DNA of 64,000 nt from Candidatus Lloydbacteria bacterium RIFCSPHIGHO2_02_FULL_50_18 (GCA_001821395.1 MHLM01000015.1:1-64000), one strand, 5' to 3'; shown: positions 39,076 through 49,787, numbered from the stretch's first letter. The notes: generated from the letters alone by a model not told the origin. A program made the numbers and translations.

Positions 39076-39579
39076 ATGACCCTCACACTTATTGCCGCAA
39101 TGGATCGACAGAATGGGATCGGTTTCAAAAATACTATTCCCTGGATGGGTAAGGTCCCTTCCGATATGCGATGGTTCAAGCAGGCGACGATGGGTCATCC
39201 CGTAGTCATGGGAAGAAATACCTTTGACGCAATGGGAGGTCGAGCGCTTTCGGATCGGACCAATTATGTACTGACACGCCAAAGCGAACATGCCATTGAA
39301 AGAGTGTTCACCGCAAAAGCATTGGAAGATGTTCTTGATCTCTACAAAGAGACCGATGAAGAGGTCTTCGTTATCGGCGGTGCCCAAGTTTACAAAGAAG
39401 CCCTCCCGCTTGCCGACAAACTCTTCATCACCATTGTGGACGGAGTCTTCGAAGCCGACACGTATTTCCCAAGATGGAACGATGCTGAATGGGTCATCGC
39501 AGAAGAGCGATATGTTCCGCAAAGTGACACAGACAAATTCGCACTTCGTTTCCTTACACTGAAGAGAAAAACCGCCTGA
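39076..39579 (+). CDS. folA: dihydrofolate reductase
   Basis: LIAAMDRQNGIG, GRNTFDAMGG, VIGGAQVY. Start at ATG 39076 (the track ORF begins at an upstream TTG). Confidence 0.85.
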   Translation: MTLTLIAAMDRQNGIGFKNTIPWMGKVPSDMRWFKQATMGHPVVMGRNTFDAMGGRALSDRTNYVLTRQSEHAIERVFTAKALEDVLDLYKETDEEVFVIGGAQVYKEALPLADKLFITIVDGVFEADTYFPRWNDAEWVIAEERYVPQSDTDKFALRFLTLKRKTA

Positions 39580-39597
39580 TCAGGGGCGGTTTTTTAT
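39567..39597. terminator. bidirectional rho-independent terminator shared by folA (+) and the convergent ORF 39580-39945 (-); both stop codons lie inside the palindromic loop TGATCA
   Basis: aaaaaccgcc-tgatcagg-ggcggtttttt. Confidence 0.65.
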
Positions 39598-39945
39598 TGA
39601 AACAACGATATCGAGTAGCTTGGACTGATCGAGACGACGAAGTCGATCGGCAAACATGTCTATTGTCACTTGGGGCACAACTCCACGATAGAGCGCGATG
39701 GTGTTCTTGTGAACCTCAACAAAACCGCCAATGCGCTTAATGCGTCTTACCTCAGACTGAAAAGACTCAGAGCGGATGAATGTTTCGGCATCGCACTCAA
39801 TAATCTCGAGGGCAAGATTCGTGCAACCGGGCGACCGCGCCCCGTGCTCGCTATAGATCTCAAAACCCACTAAATACGGATTTGCTGACTGCGAAACATG
39901 CCTTTCTGCAACTCCACAATCAACACATTTCCACGTGTAGTTCAT
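39580..39945 (-). CDS. hypothetical Cys-containing protein (CVDCG ... CTNLALEIIEC)
   Basis: 121-aa ORF with its own terminator; no family recognised. Confidence 0.4.
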   Translation of the reverse strand: MNYTWKCVDCGVAERHVSQSANPYLVGFEIYSEHGARSPGCTNLALEIIECDAETFIRSESFQSEVRRIKRIGGFVEVHKNTIALYRGVVPQVTIDMFADRLRRLDQSKLLDIVVSIKNRP

Positions 39946-40001
39946 TTAGATGCCTCCTGTTTGGTGCTTGTACTATCTGCGACTTAGATTAGTTGATGGG
40001 A

Positions 40002-40850
40002 TTACTTCGTCAAGTTTTGTTTCACAAAGTGGAGCGCGCCATGCAGTCCGCCGATATCTCCCAGTTCAGAATGTTCAATCTTTGGGAGCTCGGGGTAAAT
40101 ATTGAGAATCCCTTTCAGATGTGCGCGCACGCGATCAACAGGAATGCCGATCTTCTTCATCATCGAACCGCCGAGGACAACGATGTCCGGCGACCAATGG
40201 ACGATTGTATTATTAAGACCATACGCAAGAAGACGTGCCATTTCTTCCCAAAATACCTCATCGGTGATCTCAAATGGCTTCTTGCCGTATCGTGCGGTGA
40301 CTGCCGATCCGGAGATCTGCGATTCAAAATCAAGACCCGTACCGCAGACCGACACCTTACAGAGTGATCCGTCTGCGTCGATGATCTGGTGACCCGGCTC
40401 AAAACCTATGGCAGAGATGTCGATCGACTGATTCACGATCCGCACACCTCCCACTCCCGTCGAAACGGTCATATAGACGACGATAGGATACCCGCGCCCC
40501 GCGCCCGCAACCGCCTCACCGAGACCTACGATTGCCGTATCATTCTCAATGAATGTCGGCACACCGAACGACTGCTCAAGCGCAGCCTTGATGGGTTTTC
40601 CATTCCAACCTTGAAGATGCGGGCCGTTCAAAAATTTTGTCTTATCACGAGAAAGTGTTCCTGCGATCCCACCGCCTGCAGCTATCAGTTTTTCTCCATT
40701 CAGTAATTCAGCGGACAGACTTTTCAGCATGAGCATCCCGGCATCGAAATCTTTCGGGGTCTCAACAATCTTCGGCTCTCCGAAGGTCTCACCGTCTTTT
40801 GATAATGCTACACGCATATTTGTCCCACCAATGTCGAACAGTATGAACAT
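40002..40850 (-). CDS. ROK-family sugar kinase (glucokinase-like)
   Basis: N-terminal FDIGGTNMRVA and ROK glycine-rich motifs. Confidence 0.8.
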   Translation of the reverse strand: MFILFDIGGTNMRVALSKDGETFGEPKIVETPKDFDAGMLMLKSLSAELLNGEKLIAAGGGIAGTLSRDKTKFLNGPHLQGWNGKPIKAALEQSFGVPTFIENDTAIVGLGEAVAGAGRGYPIVVYMTVSTGVGGVRIVNQSIDISAIGFEPGHQIIDADGSLCKVSVCGTGLDFESQISGSAVTARYGKKPFEITDEVFWEEMARLLAYGLNNTIVHWSPDIVVLGGSMMKKIGIPVDRVRAHLKGILNIYPELPKIEHSELGDIGGLHGALHFVKQNLTK

Positions 40851-40866
40851 ATGTTTATTGTTAATT

Positions 40867-42210
40867 TTAGTCTTTTAAGCTTCCAAGGATTCGCCTCGTG
40901 CCCTCTTTGTAATCCTCTACATTCGGCTGATCAAAGGGGTCTACGTGCATCAGTGCCGCCAAATGAATGACCGCAAGCATGCGCCACTCGAGGTACGCAC
41001 CAAGCACGTACGGTGAAATGGTCGGGAGCCGCACCTCGGCGAACGGCAATGCGTTCTTCTGATACCCGCTCATGACACCGTCGAATATCGCTGACATGAT
41101 CGTGCTGGGACTTTTTCCGGCAATTCCTGAAACCAGACCCTGCAAAAGCCCCTGCTCGGGAACACGCCGTGACGACGTACTCCCCGCGTGAACGAGCATG
41201 GTGAATTTGTCTTTCGGTCCGCCAAAGTAGAGCTGTGCCATTGAGTGGAGGTCGGTCGAACCGATCGAGACAATCGGAGTGATGCCTACATGGACGACTT
41301 TCCCCGAGAGGTCTTTCTCTTTGCCGAGCGACTCTGCAATGAGCTGCCGCTCCCATTTCCCGAGCGACTCAAGCTCCGGTGCAAAGTGAAAGATATTGAG
41401 TATCGCTATTCCCCGTTGCATTTCCGCATGAAGGATCTCCGCAGATCGTCTTGCGTGATGCGTATTCGGGTCATCGGAAATACACTGCGCAAGCATATCT
41501 TTCGCCCCATCACGGAGCGCTACAACGTCGACCCCAGCAAGCAAGAGCGGGAATAATCCAACGGAAGAAAAAACGGAGAAACGACCTCCGACAACCTTGG
41601 GTATCTCAAGCAGCCCATATTTTTTTTGTTCAGCAATCTTCCAGAGTGCGGAAAATGCGTCCGTCGTACAAACGACTCGCTCCTCAATGCCGTCTATGCG
41701 CTGCATCAGATATCGCATCAGGAGCTCAAAGTTAGCGATACTTTCCGTCGTCGTTCCGGATTTGCTTATTAAATTAATGACGAGTTCCTCTTTATGATGT
41801 ACATCGCCCCCAAGCACTTCTTCGAGATCATGTATCATCCGAGCGGAAGTGGTATCAAGAAATAAGAGTTTTGGGGCCTTATCGGAAAGGAGATCAAACG
41901 GTCCTCGCAGTGCGTCGTAAATGGCCCTTGTACCCAAATTAGACCCGCCAATACCGATAATGATGATGAACTTAAGTTGTGATGTGTAAAAACGCTCCGC
42001 CACCTTCTTCACATCCCCGAGGATGTTCGGATCGAGCGGTAAACGGATCACTTCGTTGTGTGACACATATGCTCCGGAACGAAGTGCTGCGATGCGGCGA
42101 AATTCCGTAAGCAATGCCTCGGATGCGCTGCCTTCATGGCTCGTACGCAGCGGCGACGTATTGTAATAATGGCAGGAAAGTAGGTTATCCATGAGGGTTC
42201 TTTGTTTCAC
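40867..42210 (-). CDS. pgi: glucose-6-phosphate isomerase
   Basis: IGIGGSNLGTRA and SKSGTTTE signature motifs. Confidence 0.85.
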   Translation of the reverse strand: MKQRTLMDNLLSCHYYNTSPLRTSHEGSASEALLTEFRRIAALRSGAYVSHNEVIRLPLDPNILGDVKKVAERFYTSQLKFIIIIGIGGSNLGTRAIYDALRGPFDLLSDKAPKLLFLDTTSARMIHDLEEVLGGDVHHKEELVINLISKSGTTTESIANFELLMRYLMQRIDGIEERVVCTTDAFSALWKIAEQKKYGLLEIPKVVGGRFSVFSSVGLFPLLLAGVDVVALRDGAKDMLAQCISDDPNTHHARRSAEILHAEMQRGIAILNIFHFAPELESLGKWERQLIAESLGKEKDLSGKVVHVGITPIVSIGSTDLHSMAQLYFGGPKDKFTMLVHAGSTSSRRVPEQGLLQGLVSGIAGKSPSTIMSAIFDGVMSGYQKNALPFAEVRLPTISPYVLGAYLEWRMLAVIHLAALMHVDPFDQPNVEDYKEGTRRILGSLKD

Positions 42211-44170
42211 TTATCAGACTAAGTTCTTTGAGCTTTTGCATATACATGATCACGGTGCGCAAAAATTCAGCATGACTCCATGTTAACGGTGCCGCTCCCA
42301 CCTGTTCACGCGTATATGGATTCAATTGTTCGGAAAGTATTCCCGAGCGAAGCGTGTTTCGTTCTACCCAATTGAGATCGGCGCGCACTTTATCGAGATC
42401 ACGATCACTGCGTGCGATGCTTATCTCCCACTGTGTGTACCATAAGGTGGTAATGAACCATGGATTCCCCGGCACATCTGCTGCGGATCGGTAATATTGG
42501 TCACCTTCATAGCGAGCCATCCCGCCGACCGGAGTATTTATCGTCAATCGCTCCTTTGTGATACGCACTGCACTCTGCAAGCGCTCATCATCCTGAGGCA
42601 ATATCCCAAAGAGAAATACTCCATACGCGCTCGACGCATCCAAGGTGCGATCGAATGTCATTTCGCCGCTATCGCTAATGAGTGCGGAGCGGAGAAAATA
42701 GCCGCTCTTTTCGTCATACAGATACTTGATGATCGCACTACGCATCTCCTCCGCAACAGTACGAAAACTATGCTCGGTACGTTCTTCACCAAAAATATGC
42801 GCAAAACGTGCCGCCGCCATGAGTCCCGCATACACCGTAGCTGCGGTGTATGTATGCACACCGAATTTTTCCTCCCACAGATTGTATGATGGTTTTGGCA
42901 GCCCTGTGTATGGGTCACGATAGGTCGTCAGGAATGTTGCGGCTTTCTTTATGAACGACTCATAAATCGACTCAATGTAGTCAAGATCCTTCGATGCGAT
43001 CCAGTGTTCCCAGAGTGCCCACAAGATCAGCGCTGTTTCATCTTCCTGTATCGGAAGTTCTGTCTTTCCGTTCACGACGTAGCCATGCCATGATGAACCC
43101 AACGACTCATCGGCACGATACTTATGCATCAAATAGCCGTCTTTACTGATCACGTGATTGCAAAAATCAAAGAATTTACGGGCACTGTGTCTGTCGCCAA
43201 GCCAATCAAGCGTCACGGTGACATATGCGGCATCTCTCGGCCATACGTAGGCATAGGTGTCTCTCCCTCCTTGAAGCATATCTGAATCGCCGGACGCGAT
43301 GATGCCGCCGTGAATATCGACGTGAGACCTTAGGTAAAATTGCGATTTCTTGAAGAGGTCGATCACGTTGTCTCCTAGTCCGTAAAAATTCCAATTGAGC
43401 TTCTCCACCCATGCGTTCCAATAATCACGCGTTGTTTTCATCAAACTGTCGGGTGAATGACGAAGGACATAAGTGTTCAATTCCTTTGCCTCATCGACAG
43501 AGTGACCGATGGTCATCCAGTAGTGAAATGTCTCCACACTCTCACCTTCTATCTGCATGGCCATCGCGACCGTCGAGTCAACACTGCCGTGTTCGATCGT
43601 GTTTTTTGACAGCAGTCCGTCTTCCGCATCCTTATATGTTCCCTCCTTTCCTTCGATCTGAAATATGCCGACCGTATAGTCGGTCAATCCACGACCTTCC
43701 CGCAATGCGTTGATGAGAAATGCTCGCGCGCCCTCATAGTGAACGACGGTATTGCTTTGTGGATCGTAAAATGCGGTATCACCCTTGTCGGAATGACAAA
43801 GCTCGAACTGTTGATTGAAAAAGACGCGTACTTCACGTTTTTGCGTGAGCTTATTCAATACCTTTATCTTACGCAGAAAGATATTCTTTTCATGACACAA
43901 TACATCGGTGAAGTGTATCTCCAATTGGAGTGCACTCGAGTATGCCGTCGTAAGACCTGTATATGCGAGATCGGACTGTACATTGATTGTCCACGAACCA
44001 TCATCAAGCCAGGAGAACCGTCCGTCCACCCAGACACCCAGGCGATGCGCATTGGAGCCGCCCGCGTGATTTTCGAGTCCGACGTAGGGAAAATAGATAT
44101 CACGCACACGCGCATACGCGTCCGTTAATATAAGGAGCGAACCGTTTCCGAATGAAAGGTGCTTAGCCAT
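42185..44170 (-). CDS. glycoside hydrolase family 15 (glucoamylase / glucodextranase-like)
   Basis: (alpha/alpha)6 catalytic-domain motifs (YVWPRDAAYV etc.) plus an N-terminal beta-sandwich domain. Confidence 0.8.
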   Translation of the reverse strand: MAKHLSFGNGSLLILTDAYARVRDIYFPYVGLENHAGGSNAHRLGVWVDGRFSWLDDGSWTINVQSDLAYTGLTTAYSSALQLEIHFTDVLCHEKNIFLRKIKVLNKLTQKREVRVFFNQQFELCHSDKGDTAFYDPQSNTVVHYEGARAFLINALREGRGLTDYTVGIFQIEGKEGTYKDAEDGLLSKNTIEHGSVDSTVAMAMQIEGESVETFHYWMTIGHSVDEAKELNTYVLRHSPDSLMKTTRDYWNAWVEKLNWNFYGLGDNVIDLFKKSQFYLRSHVDIHGGIIASGDSDMLQGGRDTYAYVWPRDAAYVTVTLDWLGDRHSARKFFDFCNHVISKDGYLMHKYRADESLGSSWHGYVVNGKTELPIQEDETALILWALWEHWIASKDLDYIESIYESFIKKAATFLTTYRDPYTGLPKPSYNLWEEKFGVHTYTAATVYAGLMAAARFAHIFGEERTEHSFRTVAEEMRSAIIKYLYDEKSGYFLRSALISDSGEMTFDRTLDASSAYGVFLFGILPQDDERLQSAVRITKERLTINTPVGGMARYEGDQYYRSAADVPGNPWFITTLWYTQWEISIARSDRDLDKVRADLNWVERNTLRSGILSEQLNPYTREQVGAAPLTWSHAEFLRTVIMYMQKLKELSLISETKNPHG

Positions 44171-44238
44171 TGCTACAGTATACCTGCTCGTTTTCTAATT
44201 AACAAAACGGATAATGCGTTCCGAGATCGCGAGGATGA

Positions 44239-45579
44239 TCATTTTTTTGTCACGGAATGCTTTTTCACTGCGACTTTCTTTTTTGGAGCACTCACGGTCT
44301 TTGCGACCTTTACGACAGCCTTCTTCGCGGGTGTTGTCTTCTTTTTTGCGACGGAAAGTTTTTTGCTCTCCACGCGTTTGTTCTTTTTTTCTTCGATGCG
44401 CAGACGGAGATCGTGAATCACGTTGTTGTACGCAATGAATGCTTCGTAAGGGGTATCGTAAGGATTGAAATATTTGTGCACGTCACCATCGGAGAACCAC
44501 TTTGTACACATATAGTAAAAATGATCTGAGGTTTGAAGTTTGCGCCAATCTTCGATGATCTTTACGTCACCCGTGGCAAACACGTCCGCCTCAAGCGCGT
44601 AGATGTTGTTGATCGCCTCGTGCTGCATCGTATTGGATAACCACGCAGAGAGATCGCGCTCCACATCGGCCCATGAGACGTAATTGTGCGCATCAAACTC
44701 TCCTACCGCCTCATATTTGTCTGCAACCTCAGACGGGGTAAGGAATTCATTATCGGGATGCTTAAGGATCTCACCCGGAAGTGCGCGCATGAAATCGAAG
44801 ATGCCGGTATCTTCCCACTGGTGTTCGCCGAATGTCTCATAGTCCATGAACAAGTTCACGACATTACCGTTACCGTTGACGTTATTCACCCACTGAGTGA
44901 ATTTCTCCGAGGTAAGCGGCCATTCCTCCCAGCTCTTTGAGGAAAAACGGAAGGCGATATCATCGGACAATTTATAGTTCTTGAGAAGAGTCTTGATGGA
45001 CGTTGTGCCCGGAGACTTGTAGACGAAGTTCGGACTGCGCCATCCGAGTAAGTGATCGGCACCTTCCGCGAGGATCGCCTTGTATCCCATTTCTTCGACG
45101 TACTTTGCCAATTCGTTATTGTAGATAAGTTCGGTGTTACGGAATACTTTTGGAGTGACGCCAAAAAGCTTTTTCACCTTTGCGCGATGGAGCTCTACCT
45201 GGCGTACAAATTCATCTTTTGAATAAAGGAAAGAGAGCGAATGGTAATAGGTCTCATCGAGAATTTCCACTCGTCCGGTCTTTACCAGTTTTTGAAACGA
45301 GATGAGCGTCTCCGGTGAAAATTCTTCAAGCTGATCGAGAAAGACTCCTGAAAACGAGTAAGCGATCTTGAATTCCGGATGCTTTTCAAGGAGCTCGAGC
45401 ATGAGCTTATTCGTCGGCAAATAACATTTACCCGCAACCTTGTGGAGAATCTTTTCGTTGTTGATATCACGATCGGAGCGATCATTGAAATATTCGTGAT
45501 CATGACCGACATCGAATATACGATATTTCTTTATACGGTAAGGTTGATGCACCTGAAAATAGAAACAAATAGAGGCCAT
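44239..45579 (-). CDS. glycoside hydrolase family 57 (alpha-amylase / branching-enzyme type) with a Lys/Ala-rich histone-H1-like C-terminal tail
   Basis: N-terminal FYFQVHQPYR motif of GH57. The C-terminal ~50 aa are KKxxKK repeats. Confidence 0.8.
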   Translation of the reverse strand: MASICFYFQVHQPYRIKKYRIFDVGHDHEYFNDRSDRDINNEKILHKVAGKCYLPTNKLMLELLEKHPEFKIAYSFSGVFLDQLEEFSPETLISFQKLVKTGRVEILDETYYHSLSFLYSKDEFVRQVELHRAKVKKLFGVTPKVFRNTELIYNNELAKYVEEMGYKAILAEGADHLLGWRSPNFVYKSPGTTSIKTLLKNYKLSDDIAFRFSSKSWEEWPLTSEKFTQWVNNVNGNGNVVNLFMDYETFGEHQWEDTGIFDFMRALPGEILKHPDNEFLTPSEVADKYEAVGEFDAHNYVSWADVERDLSAWLSNTMQHEAINNIYALEADVFATGDVKIIEDWRKLQTSDHFYYMCTKWFSDGDVHKYFNPYDTPYEAFIAYNNVIHDLRLRIEEKKNKRVESKKLSVAKKKTTPAKKAVVKVAKTVSAPKKKVAVKKHSVTKK

Positions 45580-45618
45580 GATTTTATAAGTTAGATCTGT
45601 GTGCTGATATCCATATGA

Positions 45619-46842
45619 TCAGTCTGCACGATTGATAATGTCCTCATAAATTTGCGTGCACTTTCCCGCTGCGCTTTCCCAGGTCACATGTTCAACGTCC
45701 TTTGCACCCAATTCTCCGAGCGTATCGCGAAGCGCATTGCTTCCGACAACGTTAATGATCTTGTCGGCCATATCGTCAACATCCCAAAAATCCGACTTGA
45801 GCGCATGCGTCAGCACCTCCGAGACGCCGGACTGTTTTGAAACAAGAATAGGAGTACCATTTGCCAACGCCTCAAGGGCAGTAAGTCCGAACGGCTCCGA
45901 GATCGACGGCATGACATAGAGATCTGCTGCGCGATAGAGCTTCAAAAGTTCGTCTCCTCTCACGAATCCCGCGAATACAATCTTGTCTCCAAGACCCATA
46001 TCCGAAGCGAGACGGATGATCTGGTGCTCCATATCGCCTGACCCGGAAATGATGAAAAGCACGTTTGGATCATACTCAAGCACGCGCTTTGCAACCTTGA
46101 TGAAATAATCGGGGCCCTTCTGGATAGTGATACGTCCGACAAAAAGCACGATCTTCTTACCCTGTGCGCGAATATTGCTCAAAGCCGCAGGAAGCTCGTG
46201 ACGGTAATCTTTATGATCGATCCCGTTATGCACCACCATGATCGCTTCGGGTGCAATACCGTAATGTTCAACAATGACATTCTTCGTATGCTGCGAAACA
46301 GCGATGATGCAGTCTGCCGCATGGAGTCCTCGACGCTCCTCTTCGTAGATGTATTGATTGGGGTGCCCCGCGGTACGATCGAATTCTGTGGCATGGACAT
46401 GTACGATAAGCGGCTTTCCGGAAATACGCTTCGCCTCCATCCCTGCGCGGAATGAAAGCCAGTCATGCGCATGAATGACGTCGTGCTCTTCCTCCGCAGC
46501 AATGACCCTCGCCTGAAGACCGTACCGTCTCACCTCGTCAAAAAGATTCAATCCGTAGATCTCATTTTCAGGAGTTTTGAGCAGGTATTCATCGTACAAT
46601 TCGGAGGTAATGTACGGATGAATGAGCGACGTGACACTGCGGAATTTGATGTTGCGAATATTGGCAAAGACGATCTTCATGAAGTCGTGCTCAAGACCGC
46701 CAAGTTTCTTGGGTAGCACAAAAGTCACCGAGACTTCGCTCCGTGAAAGACTTTTAGTAAGGCCATAGCAAGCCATACCAAGGCCACCGCTGTTATGTGG
46801 CGGGAACTCCCATCCAAACATGAGTACCTTTATATTCTTCAT
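45619..46842 (-). CDS. GT-B glycosyltransferase (GT4/GT5-like; possible alpha-glucan/glycogen synthase)
   Basis: N-terminal GWEFPPHNSGGLG resembles the KTGGL region of GlgA. C-terminal GT-B sugar-nucleotide-binding helix. Confidence 0.65.
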   Translation of the reverse strand: MKNIKVLMFGWEFPPHNSGGLGMACYGLTKSLSRSEVSVTFVLPKKLGGLEHDFMKIVFANIRNIKFRSVTSLIHPYITSELYDEYLLKTPENEIYGLNLFDEVRRYGLQARVIAAEEEHDVIHAHDWLSFRAGMEAKRISGKPLIVHVHATEFDRTAGHPNQYIYEEERRGLHAADCIIAVSQHTKNVIVEHYGIAPEAIMVVHNGIDHKDYRHELPAALSNIRAQGKKIVLFVGRITIQKGPDYFIKVAKRVLEYDPNVLFIISGSGDMEHQIIRLASDMGLGDKIVFAGFVRGDELLKLYRAADLYVMPSISEPFGLTALEALANGTPILVSKQSGVSEVLTHALKSDFWDVDDMADKIINVVGSNALRDTLGELGAKDVEHVTWESAAGKCTQIYEDIINRAD

Positions 46843-47000
46843 TGAGGAAATAAAATGAACAAAGCCGCGTTAACGTTGTCTAAAAAAGAAACAACAAACG
46901 ACTAAACAACCCCGATATTATAACATATAAGCAACACAAACTCATACAATGTGCACTAGAAATGAACACATTTAGGACACTATAGCAAGTATGCTTCTTG

Positions 47001-47543
47001 TTACCGTACGACGAATGACACGATCACGACCTTTTCAGGTGAAAACGGAGGAAGATCTGTGAGGCGATTGAACTGACCATCCCCATCATCCGGAAGTAAG
47101 GCCGCAAAATACCTACCACCGGCAAGGGTCCCTTCGGGGCGAAGCAGCTCTACGGCAGTGATCTTGTCCCCACCATTCACCTTCTGTGCGCCGAGGATAG
47201 ACCCCGGTTTTCCGTCCTTCTCCTCGTAGATCGCGACCCACGAAGTCTCTGTAACGCTCACTGCACTTATAAGAACAGTGATCCCAGCCGCTTGGTCGAG
47301 AACGGTGATGCCCACACGGGAATTCGCCGGGACTGAAGGCGGTAACGGGAATTGTTTCGCGGGCGAGATTGCCTGTTCGGATGCGGAAATATCCATAGCG
47401 GGGTTGCTATCCGTTGTAGAAGGCGTTGTTGACGTGATGCTCGCATCATTCGTACCGCTTCTTGAAAAGGACTTTACTGCTGCCGTGCCGATAAAAATAC
47501 CGATGACAAGCATCAAAATAAGCTGTTGAGTTTGTTTGGTCAT
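47001..47543 (-). CDS. hypothetical membrane-anchored/secreted protein
   Basis: N-terminal TM helix followed by a Ser/Thr-rich linker. Start taken at MTKQTQQLIL; the longer ORF upstream lacks coding character. Confidence 0.45.
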   Translation of the reverse strand: MTKQTQQLILMLVIGIFIGTAAVKSFSRSGTNDASITSTTPSTTDSNPAMDISASEQAISPAKQFPLPPSVPANSRVGITVLDQAAGITVLISAVSVTETSWVAIYEEKDGKPGSILGAQKVNGGDKITAVELLRPEGTLAGGRYFAALLPDDGDGQFNRLTDLPPFSPEKVVIVSFVVR

Positions 47544-47668
47544 ATGAAACAAGGGTAGCAAATATAGAGGGTAAGTCAAAAAGAACATGTAGGGTGCGGT
47601 ATTTATCAAAAAAGTCAAAAACACAGCACTTGTTTTTGCTGCTGAATTTCTTCTGCCAGTCAATTGGT

Positions 47669-49750
47669 CTAAATTTTTAATTTTGACTCTACTCTCTTTA
47701 GCAACACCGCATTCGTGGCCACAATGATCGAGGATGCGGACATGAGCAGGGCCGCAATCTCAGGACGAAGTGACCAACCAAATGGTGTGTAGAATATTCC
47801 CGCGGCAACGGGAATGGCAAGCACGTTATAGATAGCCGCCCAAAAAAGATTCTGTTTCATCTTGCGTACTGTAGCCTTCGAGAGACGGATCGCCGCCACA
47901 ATGTCGTAGGGGTCCGACTTCATAAGCACGATATTGGCGGTTTCAATCGCTACGTCGGTACCCGCGCCGATCGCGATGCCAATATTTGATTGAGCGAGAG
48001 CGGGTGCGTCATTGACGCCGTCGCCGACCATCGCCACAAATTTCCCTTCGTCTTGTAATTTTTTCACAAAACTCGCCTTGTCTTCCGGCATGACTTCTGC
48101 GAATACACGGTCAATCCCAAGTTCCATCCCAACAGCCTCTGCAATTTTTTTATTGTCCCCAGTGATCATCGCAGTTTCTATGCCAAGTTTTTTCAGTTCC
48201 GTGATTGTTTTTCGGGACGACTCACGAACAGCATCGAAAATACCGATAAGTCCGACCGTCTTTCCGTCAACAGCGATGATGCTCAACGTTTTTCCCGTTG
48301 CCAACAATTTTTCAATTTCCACCTTCACACCCTCGATATCAACACCCCTCTCTCGAAGTAATCGTTCAGTGCCGATCAACACATTTTTTCCGCCAACCCC
48401 TGCTTCAAGCCCCAAGCCGGAAAGTGATAGAAAATTTTCTATTGCAAGAAGAATAATTCCGCGCTTTTTTGCTTCAACAATTATAGCCGCCGAGAGAGGA
48501 TGATTAGACTTGGATTCAACGCTTGCGGCATATTGCAGAATTGCGTCTTCGGAAATTTTTCCAAGTGCGATAATGTCAGTCACTCTTGGTTTGCCCTCCG
48601 TAAGTGTTCCTGTTTTATCAAGTACGATGGCATTTATTCTTGATGTACCTTCAAGCGTAGAGGCGTCTTTGATGAGAATATTGTGTTTCGCGCCAAGTCC
48701 GGTCCCCACAGCAACCGCCGTAGGTGTCGCAAGCCCGAGTGCATCGGGGCACGCGATGACGATGGTCGAAATGGCGAACGTGAGCGCGACGACGAATGTT
48801 GCACCTGCGATGACATACCACCCAAGAAACGCGAGGATACCGGACCCGACCGCAAGCACGACGAGCCATGACGCGGCTTTGTCGGCGATCCTTTGTCCTG
48901 GTGCTTTAGAATTTTGCGCCACCTCAACCATTTTGATAATAGAGGCAAGCACGGTGTCCATTCCAACTTTTGTGGCGCGAAATTGTACCGATCCATTTTG
49001 ATTGATCGAACCACCTATTGTCTTGTCGCCAACTTTTTTAAGCACGGGAAGTGACTCCCCCGTAACAAGTGCTTCATCAATGGATGTTTCGCCCACCACC
49101 ACTTCACCATCAACAGGAACCTTATCGCCGGGTTTTAGCACAACGATATCACCCACAACCACCTCCGTGCTTGGGATCAACATTTCTTTTCCGTCGCGCA
49201 CCACTCGCGCCTGCGGAGGCACGAGGTCAAAAAGCGCATGAAGCGAATCTGAAGTTCCGCGACGAGATTTCATTTCCATCCAATGCCCGAAGAGTACGAA
49301 GGTGACGAGCATTGCCGCCGCCTCATAGAATGCTTCTCCTGAAGCATTGAACGCAAGAATGACACTGCCGACATACGCCGCCAAGACTCCTGTTGCAATA
49401 AGCACGGACATGTTGAGCTTACGTGCTCTGAGTGAGTAGTACGTCCCGGTAATGAAGATCGAGCCCGCCCAAAAAACTATTGGTGTCGTCAGGAGAAAGA
49501 GGAGTAAGTTTTTTGGGATGGGTGACGGAAGCAAGATTCCAAAGAGCATCTCACCCATCCGTGAATACAAGACGATAGGGATAGTGAGCGCGAGCGAAAT
49601 GAAAAATCTCATCCGCATGTCAAACTCCATCTCTTTTGCCATATTTGGATCAGTCATCGCTCGCTCGTGGTCCATGTGGCTCATATGCTGCATTGATCCT
49701 TGAGCATCCGAATGTCCTCCATTTGTTGTGTGATGATGTGTGTGGTCCAT
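47669..49750 (-). CDS. heavy-metal (Cu/Ag-type) translocating P1B-type ATPase with His-rich N-terminus
   Basis: DKTGT, TGES, GDGVNDAP. TM6 CPD (CPx variant). N-terminal MDHTHHHTTNGGHSDAQGSMQHMSHMDHE instead of a CxxC HMA domain. Confidence 0.85.
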   Translation of the reverse strand: MDHTHHHTTNGGHSDAQGSMQHMSHMDHERAMTDPNMAKEMEFDMRMRFFISLALTIPIVLYSRMGEMLFGILLPSPIPKNLLLFLLTTPIVFWAGSIFITGTYYSLRARKLNMSVLIATGVLAAYVGSVILAFNASGEAFYEAAAMLVTFVLFGHWMEMKSRRGTSDSLHALFDLVPPQARVVRDGKEMLIPSTEVVVGDIVVLKPGDKVPVDGEVVVGETSIDEALVTGESLPVLKKVGDKTIGGSINQNGSVQFRATKVGMDTVLASIIKMVEVAQNSKAPGQRIADKAASWLVVLAVGSGILAFLGWYVIAGATFVVALTFAISTIVIACPDALGLATPTAVAVGTGLGAKHNILIKDASTLEGTSRINAIVLDKTGTLTEGKPRVTDIIALGKISEDAILQYAASVESKSNHPLSAAIIVEAKKRGIILLAIENFLSLSGLGLEAGVGGKNVLIGTERLLRERGVDIEGVKVEIEKLLATGKTLSIIAVDGKTVGLIGIFDAVRESSRKTITELKKLGIETAMITGDNKKIAEAVGMELGIDRVFAEVMPEDKASFVKKLQDEGKFVAMVGDGVNDAPALAQSNIGIAIGAGTDVAIETANIVLMKSDPYDIVAAIRLSKATVRKMKQNLFWAAIYNVLAIPVAAGIFYTPFGWSLRPEIAALLMSASSIIVATNAVLLKRVESKLKI

Positions 49751-49787
49751 AACTTAATTATACCGCTTCTTTCATAAAGACCGTCGA

